From: a candidate division WOR-3 bacterium
GTDB taxonomy: Bacteria > Hydrothermota > Tepidihabitantia > SM23-42 > JAOAFX01
DNA: 36,526 bases
NCBI GenBank assembly: GCA_039802265.1
Contig: JBDRWI010000018.1
Span: 1 to 36,526, forward strand
Direction of reading: 5' to 3'
Below are positions 27,914 through 36,526 of this stretch, piece after piece (position 1 is the stretch's first letter; each line of letters begins with the position of its first letter). Below the pieces are notes generated by a model. That model was not told the origin of the DNA. It made no database searches and worked only from the letters and a program-made list of their open reading frames with translations. Both the position numbers and the translations under genes were made by a program.

Positions 27914-29038
27914 TTATTCCTCAATTATCTCAACATTTGCCCGGGGAAGTTTTACCCGCTTACCACCAGCAAGTTCAACCTCCAAAATTCTCACCCGAGA
28001 TTCAGTATCAATCAACTCCAGTGGTACGGGTAGGTCAACCACCTTACCGATCATTCCAAAATAGGGTTCTCTGATTATTCTTACCTGCATACCGAGTTCA
28101 AGTCCAGAACCGGTGGAGATATGGGATATTTTTTTCTCCGGTGTCTTATCAAGGGGTACGATAACCTCGGGTCTCATTACCCCCGCACGAATCTGGGTGG
28201 CACCATTTATTGATGACTTCTTTCCACAGAGAGATTTCAGTAATTTAAATGTTCGCTCGGCCATACTCAATCTGCCAAATCCTTCGGTAATGATAAGGGT
28301 CAAACCTACCTTTTCTGAGCCCGTTATTGCCACTCCTATATCATATCCCATAAACCTCTTTAAGTCCTGGTCCTCAATGCCACCTACGATTATTCCCTTA
28401 ACACCGCAATTCTTTGCCTTCAGAAGTGCCTCATAGGTTACCATTGAACCACCGATTATCACCTTTCCTTTAAATGATTCATTTATATCATCCGGGGTAA
28501 GCACATCATCTGGTTGACTTACGCCACAGGCAAGTTCACCGATTGCCTCTCCACCAATTCCGAAAATTCCTTGGATAAAACTGCCACTGGTCCTTATAAG
28601 AACCCCTTCATTTGCAAAGACATTTTTTACCTCACCATCAATATAGGCAATTACCTCCACCGGAATTGGTGGTTCTCGCAGGATTACCTGACCGGTTATC
28701 TTTGAAATACTCTCTATCGTCCCGGTAATCGGACTTCTCACGGTGGACTTAAATAGACCGAAGAATCCTTTGCTCTGGGCAATTACCTCGTCCTTTTTTA
28801 CCTCATCCCCTGCCTTTTTTAGCATTACCTCATCTATCTCTTCCGGTAGTATCCCTAATAGCCCTGCGACATTTGAGGTCTGAACACTCCCGGGTAGCGA
28901 TGTCCGTGCCACAACCTGTTCCGCAAGGACTCTATTACCCTCTTTCACAAGTACCTCGCCTGGTAAAGGCAGGCGACGTTGTTTCTCCACAATTGTATAT
29001 TCCAGAACCTTTAAACCCGGAGTATAGGCGTGTGCCAA
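27914..29038 (-). CDS. Conserved hypothetical protein with barrel-sandwich hybrid repeats and a C-terminal KOW/SH3-like motif
   Basis: Long ORF with TTG start and AAGGGGG SD; VKEGNRV, KKAGDEVKKDEVIA and SPITGTI motifs; GMQVRIIREPYFGMIGKV. Confidence 0.75.
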   Translation of the reverse strand: MAHAYTPGLKVLEYTIVEKQRRLPLPGEVLVKEGNRVLAEQVVARTSLPGSVQTSNVAGLLGILPEEIDEVMLKKAGDEVKKDEVIAQSKGFFGLFKSTVRSPITGTIESISKITGQVILREPPIPVEVIAYIDGEVKNVFANEGVLIRTSGSFIQGIFGIGGEAIGELACGVSQPDDVLTPDDINESFKGKVIIGGSMVTYEALLKAKNCGVKGIIVGGIEDQDLKRFMGYDIGVAITGSEKVGLTLIITEGFGRLSMAERTFKLLKSLCGKKSSINGATQIRAGVMRPEVIVPLDKTPEKKISHISTGSGLELGMQVRIIREPYFGMIGKVVDLPVPLELIDTESRVRILEVELAGGKRVKLPRANVEIIEE

Positions 29039-29064
29039 ATTACCCCCTTTTTAGCCAAAAAAGA

Positions 29065-29092
29065 ATTATAATCAATTTTCTTTTCTGGTCAA
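29065..29092 (-). promoter_or_regulatory. sigma70 promoter
   Basis: TTGACC-N16-TATAAT. Confidence 0.7.
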
Positions 29093-29107
29093 GCGACATT
29101 TTTAATT

Positions 29108-29938
29108 TCAACCAACCAAGTTTTGCGCAATTTCCATATTCATTATGTCCTCTTTGGTATCGGTTCTTGGGGTTTCCATTATGAATGGTAGATGCCTCAA
29201 TCGGGGATGATTGATGATATACTTCATACCCATACCGATCTCACCTTTTGCTATGTGCCAGTGTCGGTCAATTCTTGAGCCAAGTTTAGTTTTTGAATCG
29301 TTAAAATGGACTAAATGGACCCTTTCAATTCCAATCAGTTCATCCAATCGCTTTAAAGTCGCATCAACTGCCTTCTTTGTTCTCAAATCATAACCCGCCT
29401 CAAATGCATGAGCGGTATCAAAGACAATCCCAATCCTTTTTTTATCTTTTACCCCATCAATTATTGCCTTCAATTCTTCAAAATTACAACCCAATTCATT
29501 ACCGGCACCAGCCGTATTCTCAATCAGCAGCATTACCCCATTTTCAACCTTTGCAAATGCCTGATTTATTCCCGAAATCATCCTTTCAATTCCTCTCTTG
29601 CGATTTCGGTTTGAACCCGCATGGAGTATTAAAAAATTGGTACCGAGCCTCTCGGTCCTCTTTAGATCCTCAATCACTGATTCCACTGAAGAGTTGAATA
29701 AATCTTCCCTTTCCGCCCCCAGATTGGGTAGATATGGCATATGTACAAATACCGGTGATATGGAATTTGTTTTCATATCCCTTTTGAAATGAGCAATATC
29801 CTCTTCCACCAGAGGATTGAATTTCCAGCCCCTTGGATTCCGGGAAAAAAGCTGAATTGTTTTACATTCCCTTTTCAGGGCACGGTATAAGACCTTACTG
29901 AAACCACCCGATATGGAGATATGAAACCCCAATCTCAT
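29108..29938 (-). CDS. nfo: Endonuclease IV (AP endonuclease 2)
   Basis: GFHISISGG, HMPYLPNL, ENTAG, DTAHAF, HFNDSK, DRHWHI and ETP motifs; start moved to ATG 29938, just after the topA stop. Confidence 0.95.
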   Translation of the reverse strand: MRLGFHISISGGFSKVLYRALKRECKTIQLFSRNPRGWKFNPLVEEDIAHFKRDMKTNSISPVFVHMPYLPNLGAEREDLFNSSVESVIEDLKRTERLGTNFLILHAGSNRNRKRGIERMISGINQAFAKVENGVMLLIENTAGAGNELGCNFEELKAIIDGVKDKKRIGIVFDTAHAFEAGYDLRTKKAVDATLKRLDELIGIERVHLVHFNDSKTKLGSRIDRHWHIAKGEIGMGMKYIINHPRLRHLPFIMETPRTDTKEDIMNMEIAQNLVG

Positions 29939-29940
29939 AT

Positions 29941-32091
29941 TTATTTTTTGATATCGCACACCGGGCAGAGTAGTTTTGTCTTTCTTAAGACCATTCCCTT
30001 GCCGCATTTTGGACACTTTTCCTTTACCGGCGGATAGAAAGAAGAGAATCCGCATGCCTTGCATTTATAGGTCCTGCCCCGCCGATTTGTAAAGATAATA
30101 ACCTCACCACCACATATTGGGCAGGGAACTTCATGGGTTAGATTCTTGGTATATTTGCAATCAGGATAACCAGAACAGGCAAGGAACATACCAAATTTCC
30201 CATGTTTTATTACAAGTGGATGGCCACATTTGGGGCAGGATTCATCGGTCATTTCCATTTCGTAATTCTCGGCATATTTACATTCAGGAAATCCGGAGCA
30301 GGCGAGGAATCGTCCGTATTTTCCCCATCTCAAGATAAGGGGTCTTTGACAGCGTGGACAGAGTTTTTCAACCTTCTGCTGGGTCTTCTCTTTTATCTTA
30401 TCGGTGTCGGCCTCGGCCCTGTCAAGAATTATTCTGAAGGGCTCATAGAACTCCCTTACCACGTCCTGCCAGACCTTCTTTCCTGATTCCACCCGGTCCA
30501 GCTCCTCTTCCATACGGGCAGTGAAGGAAACATCAAAGATACTGGAGAAACGCGGAATGATGATTCGGTAAACCTCCAATCCCAGTTCAGTCGGACAAAT
30601 CTTCCCGTTTTCTTTTTGGACATATTTCCGGTCAAAGAGGGTTTGAATGATATGGGCATAGGTGGAGGGCCGACCAATTCCATTATCCTCCAGCTTTTTT
30701 ATCAAACTTGCCTCAGTATACCTGGGAAGGGGTTCGGTCATCTTCTCTTCGTAGGTAACTTCTTTTAATGTAACAAAATCACCCACCTTTAAGTCGGGTA
30801 CAAATCCCCGCTGGGTAGTCTCTCCCGTGAGCAGCTGATAACCCAAAAAGACCGGATTTATCTCTTCAGCCTTGAATTCAAGCCCGGTAAATTCCAGAAT
30901 TACCTCTTTCTGTTTATATCTTGCGGGTGCCATCTGGGTGGCAACATACCTTTCATGAATTAGCTTGTAAATCTTATACTGCTCGGGTGTAAGATATTCC
31001 TTTATAGAATCCGGCTCAATCTTCACCTTTGTTGGGCGGATTGCCTCATGGCCCGACTGACTCCCTTTACGGTCCTTATAATTGCGAATCTCTTTATTTA
31101 AATACTCAATACCAAATTTTCCGTCAATATATTCACGCAATTCCTCTATTGCCTTTTCACTGACCCGTACCGAATCGGTTCGCATATAAGTAATGAGACC
31201 AATCCTGCCACCGGGTAGGGAGATACCTTCATATAATTGCTGGGCAATCTGCATTGCCTTTTTGGCTGGAATATTATAACGCTTTGATACTTCCTGAATA
31301 AAACTTGAAGTGACAAAAGGGGGCGGTGGAATCCGCTCGGGGTTTGTAATGCGCATGCTCACCACCGCGAACTTAGTCTCGGGTTTGAGAAAGTTTTTTA
31401 ACCGGGTAAGTTCCTCTTTGGTTGTAATTTTTCTATAGGCACCATCAATCCGAAAAAGTTCCGCCCTGAATGTTTCTTTATTCTCGGTTTCAAAACTGGC
31501 CGAGGCGACCCAATAGGGCGTTGGAATAAAAGACTCAATCTCCTCTTCACGCTCACATATTAATCTCAATGCCACAGTCTGCACCCGACCGGCCGACAAT
31601 CCGGATTTCAATACCTTCCATAAAAATGGACTTGTAAAGTATCCGACAATTCGGTCCAGTACCCTTCTGGCCTTATGTGCATCAACAAGATGCGGGTCTA
31701 TTGAACCAGGATTCTGCAACGCCTTTCTGACATAATCCGGGGTAATTTCATAGAAGAGTGCTCGCTTTATCTGGGGGGTAGTTGAATTCAATTCCTCGGC
31801 AATGTGCTGGGCAATTGCCTCACCTTCCCGATCCGGATCTGAGGCGATATAAACCTTAACCGAATCCTTGCATGCCTTTTTTATCTCCTGGATGACCTTT
31901 GCCTTGCCCTTTATCCTTATATATTTTGGATTAAAATTGTTATTAATCTCCACTCCCAGTTCAGACTTGGGGAGGTCCTTGATGTGTCCCTTGGATGAAA
32001 CAACAATATATTCACTACCCAAAAAACTCTTTATGGTCTTACTCTTTGTGGGAGACTCAACAATGATTACCTTCTTGCCCTTTGGTCTCAC
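29941..32091 (-). CDS. topA: DNA topoisomerase I (type IA) with C-terminal zinc ribbons
   Basis: IVESPTK, DPDREGE, SAGRVQT, ITYMRTDS, HEAIRPT and GIGRPSTY motifs; C4 ribbons. Confidence 0.97.
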   Translation of the reverse strand: MRPKGKKVIIVESPTKSKTIKSFLGSEYIVVSSKGHIKDLPKSELGVEINNNFNPKYIRIKGKAKVIQEIKKACKDSVKVYIASDPDREGEAIAQHIAEELNSTTPQIKRALFYEITPDYVRKALQNPGSIDPHLVDAHKARRVLDRIVGYFTSPFLWKVLKSGLSAGRVQTVALRLICEREEEIESFIPTPYWVASASFETENKETFRAELFRIDGAYRKITTKEELTRLKNFLKPETKFAVVSMRITNPERIPPPPFVTSSFIQEVSKRYNIPAKKAMQIAQQLYEGISLPGGRIGLITYMRTDSVRVSEKAIEELREYIDGKFGIEYLNKEIRNYKDRKGSQSGHEAIRPTKVKIEPDSIKEYLTPEQYKIYKLIHERYVATQMAPARYKQKEVILEFTGLEFKAEEINPVFLGYQLLTGETTQRGFVPDLKVGDFVTLKEVTYEEKMTEPLPRYTEASLIKKLEDNGIGRPSTYAHIIQTLFDRKYVQKENGKICPTELGLEVYRIIIPRFSSIFDVSFTARMEEELDRVESGKKVWQDVVREFYEPFRIILDRAEADTDKIKEKTQQKVEKLCPRCQRPLILRWGKYGRFLACSGFPECKYAENYEMEMTDESCPKCGHPLVIKHGKFGMFLACSGYPDCKYTKNLTHEVPCPICGGEVIIFTNRRGRTYKCKACGFSSFYPPVKEKCPKCGKGMVLRKTKLLCPVCDIKK

Positions 32092-32096
32092 AATTC

Positions 32097-32124
32097 ATTA
32101 TACTTATTTGACTGAATAAGTCAA
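32097..32124 (-). promoter_or_regulatory. sigma70 promoter for topA (possibly leaderless)
   Basis: TTGACT-N16-TATAAT, 5 nt before GTG 32091. Confidence 0.65.
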
Positions 32125-32235
32125 GGGAGAACTTCCTGACCCCTCTCTCCTTCCTACCCCCTAATAGGAGATGGTCCTGGTTTGTTGATTTCGTTTATAA
32201 GTTTAAAAGGTCGTAATTTATCACTGAAAATAGCA

Positions 32236-32629
32236 GGGATGGTTCGTAAGCCGGGTTCTGTTTTTATCCACCAATACTGGTGAATATAGATAGCCATTTC
32301 TCTGGTTCCGATGTCGCCACCGGAATCAAGCAACCTACCTGTCCTGAGTCCGCTTCGGACGGAGCGGGCCACTCCAATCAGGACTGCTTGGTTTTGCTTC
32401 GGATGGGGTTTACCTTGCCCCTGATGTCACCACCAGGGCGGTGGGCTCTTACCCCGCCTTTTCACCCTTACCCGCCTTAAAAAAGTGGCAGGCGGTATAT
32501 TTTCTGTGGCACTTTCCGTTTCTGATCTGTTGCCAAATCAGAACCTTCCGGTTAGGAAGCATCCTGCCCTGTGAAGCCCGGACTTTCCTCCCTGACTTAA
32601 AAAATCAAGGCGGCTATCCGACCATCCCC
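32236..32629 (-). ncRNA. rnpB: RNase P RNA (bacterial type A)
   Basis: GAGGAAAGTCCGGGC, GGAAAGTGCCACAGAAA, GGTAAACCCC and ACAGAACCCGGCTTA; terminal P1 helix GGGATGGT/ACCATCCC. Confidence 0.97.
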
Positions 32630-32635
32630 ATTATT

Positions 32636-32663
32636 ATTATAATGCTAACAGAAAATCGGTCAA
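32636..32663 (-). promoter_or_regulatory. sigma70 promoter for rnpB
   Basis: TTGACC-N16-TATAAT, about 6 nt before the RNA 5' end. Confidence 0.8.
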
Positions 32664-32858
32664 GGCTTGAAATACAAAGGGATATTCAGGGAAATACCCT
32701 TAACCCCGTTATAATACAAAAACTTATTGTCAAAGGCAGTTTATCCTTTTCAGCCTGTCTGGAAAATGGTGTGGTAAAAATGACCAAAACCCCACCGACA
32801 TTGACCGGGAAAAGATTCCTTTTGGATTCAAAAAGAAGAGAACAGATTAGCTGATGAT

Positions 32859-33008
32859 TAATGAAAATTTTCATTATAGAAAAGAATATGGACAAGATAC
32901 ATCTGGGGTTTCTGATAGTCGCTGGAAAGTGCACAACTTTAAGATGGAGCGTCTCTGGGGGTTTCAGGGGTTCTCCCCTGATGTATCTTGTATTCAAATA
33001 TGAAAATT
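32859..33008. repeat. Structured repeat element (MITE-like or ncRNA), copy 1
   Basis: 32859-32971 is identical to 36414-36526; begins with the perfect palindrome TAATGAAAATTTTCATTA; 17-bp inverted repeat 32892-32908/32975-32991 with one mismatch. Confidence 0.8.
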
Positions 33009-33185
33009 GCCGAGATTGCGAGCGGGTAGATAGAGATATACGACCAGGTTGGGAGAGTCCTTGAAAGAATCAGTGTCAAAAAAGGGAAGGTAATATTCCA
33101 CTTTGTTCGGAAAGATTTCCAAGCGGGATTTATTTTTTTCAGGATAATAACACAAGGAATCAACCTCCGTGTCGTTCGCCATTGA
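33000..33185 (+). pseudogene. Possible remnant of a T9SS type-A C-terminal sorting domain
   Basis: MKIAEIASG*IEIYDQVGRVLERI...GFIFFRII...LRVVRH resembles the I.IYD..GR.V...G.YF.RI...K.V pattern; in-frame TAG. Confidence 0.3.
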
Positions 33186-33387
33186 TGAAAAATTTTTCTA
33201 TTTTATTAATGCAAACCTGAAAGGTTTGCCCTACATTTAATAAATCCTATAGTGCATCGGTTTTTTTAAAAATTCTGGAATCCATTATACTGATGGGAGG
33301 AATGAAACAGGGAATTATAGCATAAAACTCTGCCACTAAAGAATCAGATTTTAATATTCAATATACCGAAGTCTCCAATAAATTCAA

Positions 33388-34068
33388 CTACAACAGATTG
33401 TGTTCAGAAAAAGAATAATATCCTTCTTCGGCAATGATGATATGGTCAATTACTCTTATGCCGATTATAGCACCAGCATCTTTAATCCGCTCGGTGATCT
33501 TTAGATCGTCTTCTGATGGCTTTAAAACCCCGCTGGGATGGTTGTGGATAAGAAACAATCCACTCGCATTCTCTATAATCGCAAACTTAAAGACTTCTCT
33601 TGGATGGGTCAAACTCGCATCCAGAATGCCTTTGGAGATTGTGGTATCTTTTATCAAGGCATTTTTTCCATCCACTGCTGCAACCTTGAAGAGTTCTTGT
33701 TTTAAACTTCCAATGAGCGGTGCATAATATTCATATAAATCCTGGGGTTTATTGAATTTGACCTTTGTTTCCTGCTTTTTTGAATATGAGCGTCTCCCTG
33801 CCTCCAGTGCAGCAAGAACAGTGATAATCTTTGCCCTGCCCAAACCTGGAATCTTTAAGTTCTCAATTTCTTTTGCTGATTTCTCAGCAAGTTTTTTTAA
33901 ACTTCCTACCCTTGATAATATCTCTTTTGCAAGGTCAAGTGCAGAACGGTTTTTAACACCCTTGCCAATGACAATCGCTAAAAGTTCTGCATCGCTCAGG
34001 ACATAACTTCCCTGCTCATAAAATCTTTCTCTTGGTCTTTCCTGCTCGGGCCAGTCTTTTATCTTCAT
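33388..34068 (-). CDS. radC: RadC family JAB-domain protein
   Basis: IKDWPEQERPRERF, LSDAELLAI, HPREVF, HNHPSG and DHIII motifs. Confidence 0.96.
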   Translation of the reverse strand: MKIKDWPEQERPRERFYEQGSYVLSDAELLAIVIGKGVKNRSALDLAKEILSRVGSLKKLAEKSAKEIENLKIPGLGRAKIITVLAALEAGRRSYSKKQETKVKFNKPQDLYEYYAPLIGSLKQELFKVAAVDGKNALIKDTTISKGILDASLTHPREVFKFAIIENASGLFLIHNHPSGVLKPSEDDLKITERIKDAGAIIGIRVIDHIIIAEEGYYSFSEHNLL

Positions 34069-34128
34069 TGCAAGACTTCTTTTAGCACTGATTAAAAAGA
34101 ATAAAGCAGATTGTGTATATGCTACAAA

Positions 34129-36213
34129 TCACTTCATCAAGGTCGCCTTAAGCACAAACCCTGCAAGGGTGATAGAAGATGTTGCCATAAGTTTTATCAA
34201 GATATTCAAAGAAGGACCTGATGTATCCTTGAATGGGTCACCGACCGTATCACCGACGACTGCTGCCTTATGCTCTTGTGAACCCTTACCTCCCAAATTT
34301 CCTTTTTCAATATATTTTTTGGCATTATCCCAGGCACCACCGCTATTGGCCATCATCAAGGCAACAACAAATCCGGAGATCAATGCACCGGCAAGGATTC
34401 CTACAACACCACTCGGTCCCAAAAAGATTCCCACAATGAGTGGTGAAAGGATTGCCAGTAGCGAAGGTAGAATCATTTCTTTCTGGGCGGCCCTTGTGCA
34501 GATGTTGACAGCACGGGCATAATCGGGTTTTGCCTTTCCTTCCATCAAGCCCTTGAGTTCTTTAAACTGACGCCTTACCTCAACAACAATCATCCCTGCT
34601 GCCCGGCCCACGGCCTTTATTGTTAGAGAACAGAATGCATAGGGCATCATTGCGCCGATAAATAATCCGGTGATGACAGCGGGATTGGTAATCCTTAAAT
34701 CAAGCTGGACCCCGGTAAGTTCGATCTGGTCCCGATAGGCCGCGATGAGTGCCAAGGCGGTCAATGCTGCAGAACCGATCGCAAATCCCTTACCGGTTGC
34801 GGCAGTCGTATTTCCTAAGGCATCAAGGGCATCAGTTCGTTCCCGCACCTCGGGTGGTAATCCGGACATCTGGGCATTGCCACCGGCATTGTCAGCAACC
34901 GGACCATAGGCGTCAGTAGCAAGGGTGATGCCAAGGGTCGAAAGCATACCCACAGCGGCAAGTGATACACCGAACAATCCAAGATTCGGATTATGCAAAC
35001 CGCCACTCAGATAATATGCACACAAGACAGCAACTACTACTGCAATGACTGCGGGTGCAGTGGAGAGCATTCCAACACTAATACCATTGAGAATGACGGT
35101 TGCCGGACCGGTCTTTGAACTGTCTGATATACTCCGTGTCGGTGAGTAATTATCCGATGTGAAGAATTCAGTATTGAATCCAATGAATACACCCGCTCCA
35201 AGACCCGCAAGTATTGCCCAGTAAAGACCAAAATAATCAGGAAGGAGATATTTAATCACAATCGCGGAAATTATCGCAATCAAAATACTGGAAGTATAGA
35301 TTCCTCTTCGCAAGGCAGTCAATAATGCCCCTTGGGTTGCATCCTCTTTTGTGCTCACCAGGAAAGTGCCGATGATTGAGCAGAGCACACCAACAGTCGC
35401 CATCACCTGCGGGACAACCACACCTTGAATGCCCAGGCCTGCTGCCACCGCCAGTGCCATTGTGGCAATGATTGAACCGACATAGGATTCGTATAAATCT
35501 GCGCCCATTCCTGCTACATCACCAACATTATCACCGACATTGTCCGCAATGACTGCAGGATTGCGCGGGTCATCTTCAGGAATGCCTGCCTCAACCTTGC
35601 CAACTAAATCTGCTCCAACATCCGCTGCTTTAGTGAATATACCACCACCCACACGGGCAAATAATGCCTGGAAAGATGCACCCATACCAAAACAGATCAT
35701 TGTTGATGTGATATTTTGAATCTTCTGTGCCTCGGAAAGATTTCTATAAATCCAGTTTAATAATATAAACCAGATGCTCAAATCTAATAGACTCAAGCCC
35801 ACAACAACAAATCCCATCACCCCACCCGCAGCAAATGCTACCCTTAAACCACTATTCAAACTCTGTCTTGCTGCATTGGCTGTTCGTGCTGAAGAATTCG
35901 TTGCCTGGCTGAGTCCGATAAAACCCGATAACCCGGAAAAGAAGCCCCCGGTGATAAATGCAAAGGGGACATAAATTGGCAGCATTTTATTTAATGCAAT
36001 TATTAAAAGAAGGATAAATACAATTGCAAAAAATATCGTAACCACGCCATATTGTCTTTTTATATATGCCCTGGCACCTTCTCTTACTGCCCGGGCAATC
36101 ATACGCATGCGCTCAGTGCCCTCATCAAATTTCTTAGTGCTTAAGGAGAGATACCCGGCAAATAAGAGGGCAAGGATTGAGCCGATCGGTGTGAGCCAGA
36201 ACAGTGGATGCAT
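34129..36213 (-). CDS. hppA: Membrane-bound pyrophosphatase, K+-dependent, probably Na+-translocating
   Basis: GGGIFTKAADVGADLVGKVE, EDDPRNP, DNVGDNVGD and GNTTAA motifs; GGAGG SD. Confidence 0.96.
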   Translation of the reverse strand: MHPLFWLTPIGSILALLFAGYLSLSTKKFDEGTERMRMIARAVREGARAYIKRQYGVVTIFFAIVFILLLIIALNKMLPIYVPFAFITGGFFSGLSGFIGLSQATNSSARTANAARQSLNSGLRVAFAAGGVMGFVVVGLSLLDLSIWFILLNWIYRNLSEAQKIQNITSTMICFGMGASFQALFARVGGGIFTKAADVGADLVGKVEAGIPEDDPRNPAVIADNVGDNVGDVAGMGADLYESYVGSIIATMALAVAAGLGIQGVVVPQVMATVGVLCSIIGTFLVSTKEDATQGALLTALRRGIYTSSILIAIISAIVIKYLLPDYFGLYWAILAGLGAGVFIGFNTEFFTSDNYSPTRSISDSSKTGPATVILNGISVGMLSTAPAVIAVVVAVLCAYYLSGGLHNPNLGLFGVSLAAVGMLSTLGITLATDAYGPVADNAGGNAQMSGLPPEVRERTDALDALGNTTAATGKGFAIGSAALTALALIAAYRDQIELTGVQLDLRITNPAVITGLFIGAMMPYAFCSLTIKAVGRAAGMIVVEVRRQFKELKGLMEGKAKPDYARAVNICTRAAQKEMILPSLLAILSPLIVGIFLGPSGVVGILAGALISGFVVALMMANSGGAWDNAKKYIEKGNLGGKGSQEHKAAVVGDTVGDPFKDTSGPSLNILIKLMATSSITLAGFVLKATLMK

Positions 36214-36235
36214 CAGACCTCCTTAATTAGCCAAT

Positions 36236-36263
36236 ATTTTATTGATTTTTAAATAGAAATCAA
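36236..36263 (-). promoter_or_regulatory. Putative sigma70 promoter for hppA
   Basis: TTGATT-N16-TAAAAT. Confidence 0.5.
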
Positions 36264-36300
36264 GGGTTATTGCAAACCGCCTACACCGGCAATCTCGGAC

Positions 36301-36328
36301 TTGACTTTAAACAGAAACTGGGTATAAT
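36301..36328 (+). promoter_or_regulatory. sigma70 promoter divergent from hppA
   Basis: TTGACT-N16-TATAAT. Confidence 0.7.
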
Positions 36329-36379
36329 AGTTCATCCACTAATTCAGATGCGCTCAACCGGTTGCGTGCCGGGTATTTA

Positions 36380-36410
36380 TTGTATAGGAATTTGAAAAAT
36401 TCCTATACAA
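36380..36410. repeat. Perfect 14-bp hairpin
   Basis: TTGTATAGGAATTT-GAA-AAATTCCTATACAA. Confidence 0.8.
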
Positions 36411-36413
36411 GAA

Positions 36414-36526
36414 TAATGAAAATTTTCATTATAGAAAAGAATATGGACAAGATACATCTGGGGTTTCTGATAGTCGCTGGAAAGTGCACAACTTTAAGAT
36501 GGAGCGTCTCTGGGGGTTTCAGGGGT
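36414..36526. repeat. Structured repeat element, copy 2 (truncated by window end)
   Basis: 113/113 identical to 32859-32971 by eye. Confidence 0.85.

Noticed and set aside
29939..30064. N-terminal extension of nfo in the ORF track
   Set aside because: It overlaps the topA 3' end; family homology starts at MRLGFH (29938)
32154..32854. ORFs 32154..32372, 32280..32480 and 32441..32854
   Set aside because: They overlap the RNase P RNA gene and are spurious
32686..33182. Short ORFs 32686..32997, 32861..33064, 32939..33163 and 32994..33182
   Set aside because: They cross or abut the repeat element and show no recognisable motifs
33388..34068. radC as a marker of a mobile element or prophage
   Set aside because: Full-length chromosomal-type RadC next to hppA; no integrase or phage genes
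1..36526. CRISPR array and the many small antisense or alternative-frame ORFs within long genes
   Set aside because: No regularly spaced repeat-spacer units were seen; the small ORFs are shadows of well-supported genes

Overview
Gene-dense bacterial chromosomal window using the standard genetic code (several housekeeping genes end in TGA). Gene content (Omp28-like lipoprotein, PorV-like barrel, DUF4388, sAC-like cyclase) is reminiscent of FCB-associated candidate phyla such as WOR-3; this is an inference only. Housekeeping content: M23 peptidase, nadA, a four-subunit 2-oxoacid:ferredoxin oxidoreductase, TIGR03960-type radical SAM, RNase E/G, transketolase, CapA, a PQQ-like beta-propeller, GH57, tRNA-Arg(CCT), accA, nfo, topA, RNase P RNA, radC and hppA. 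Two features stand out. (1) A probable selenoprotein missed by the ORF track (99..818, minus): an Omp28/thioredoxin-like protein with an in-frame TGA in a UxxC motif, followed directly by a SECIS-like hairpin. (2) A split receptor system at 14075..22415: a dual class III cyclase plus STAND ATPase core ends where its TPR sensor should begin and is followed by six paralogous TPR cassettes (three intact, three decayed, alternating) that begin with a related motif. Also noted: sigma70 promoters with mostly 16-nt spacers, a structured leader of about 260 nt before the oxidoreductase operon, and an identical repeat of at least 113 bp flanking radC-hppA.
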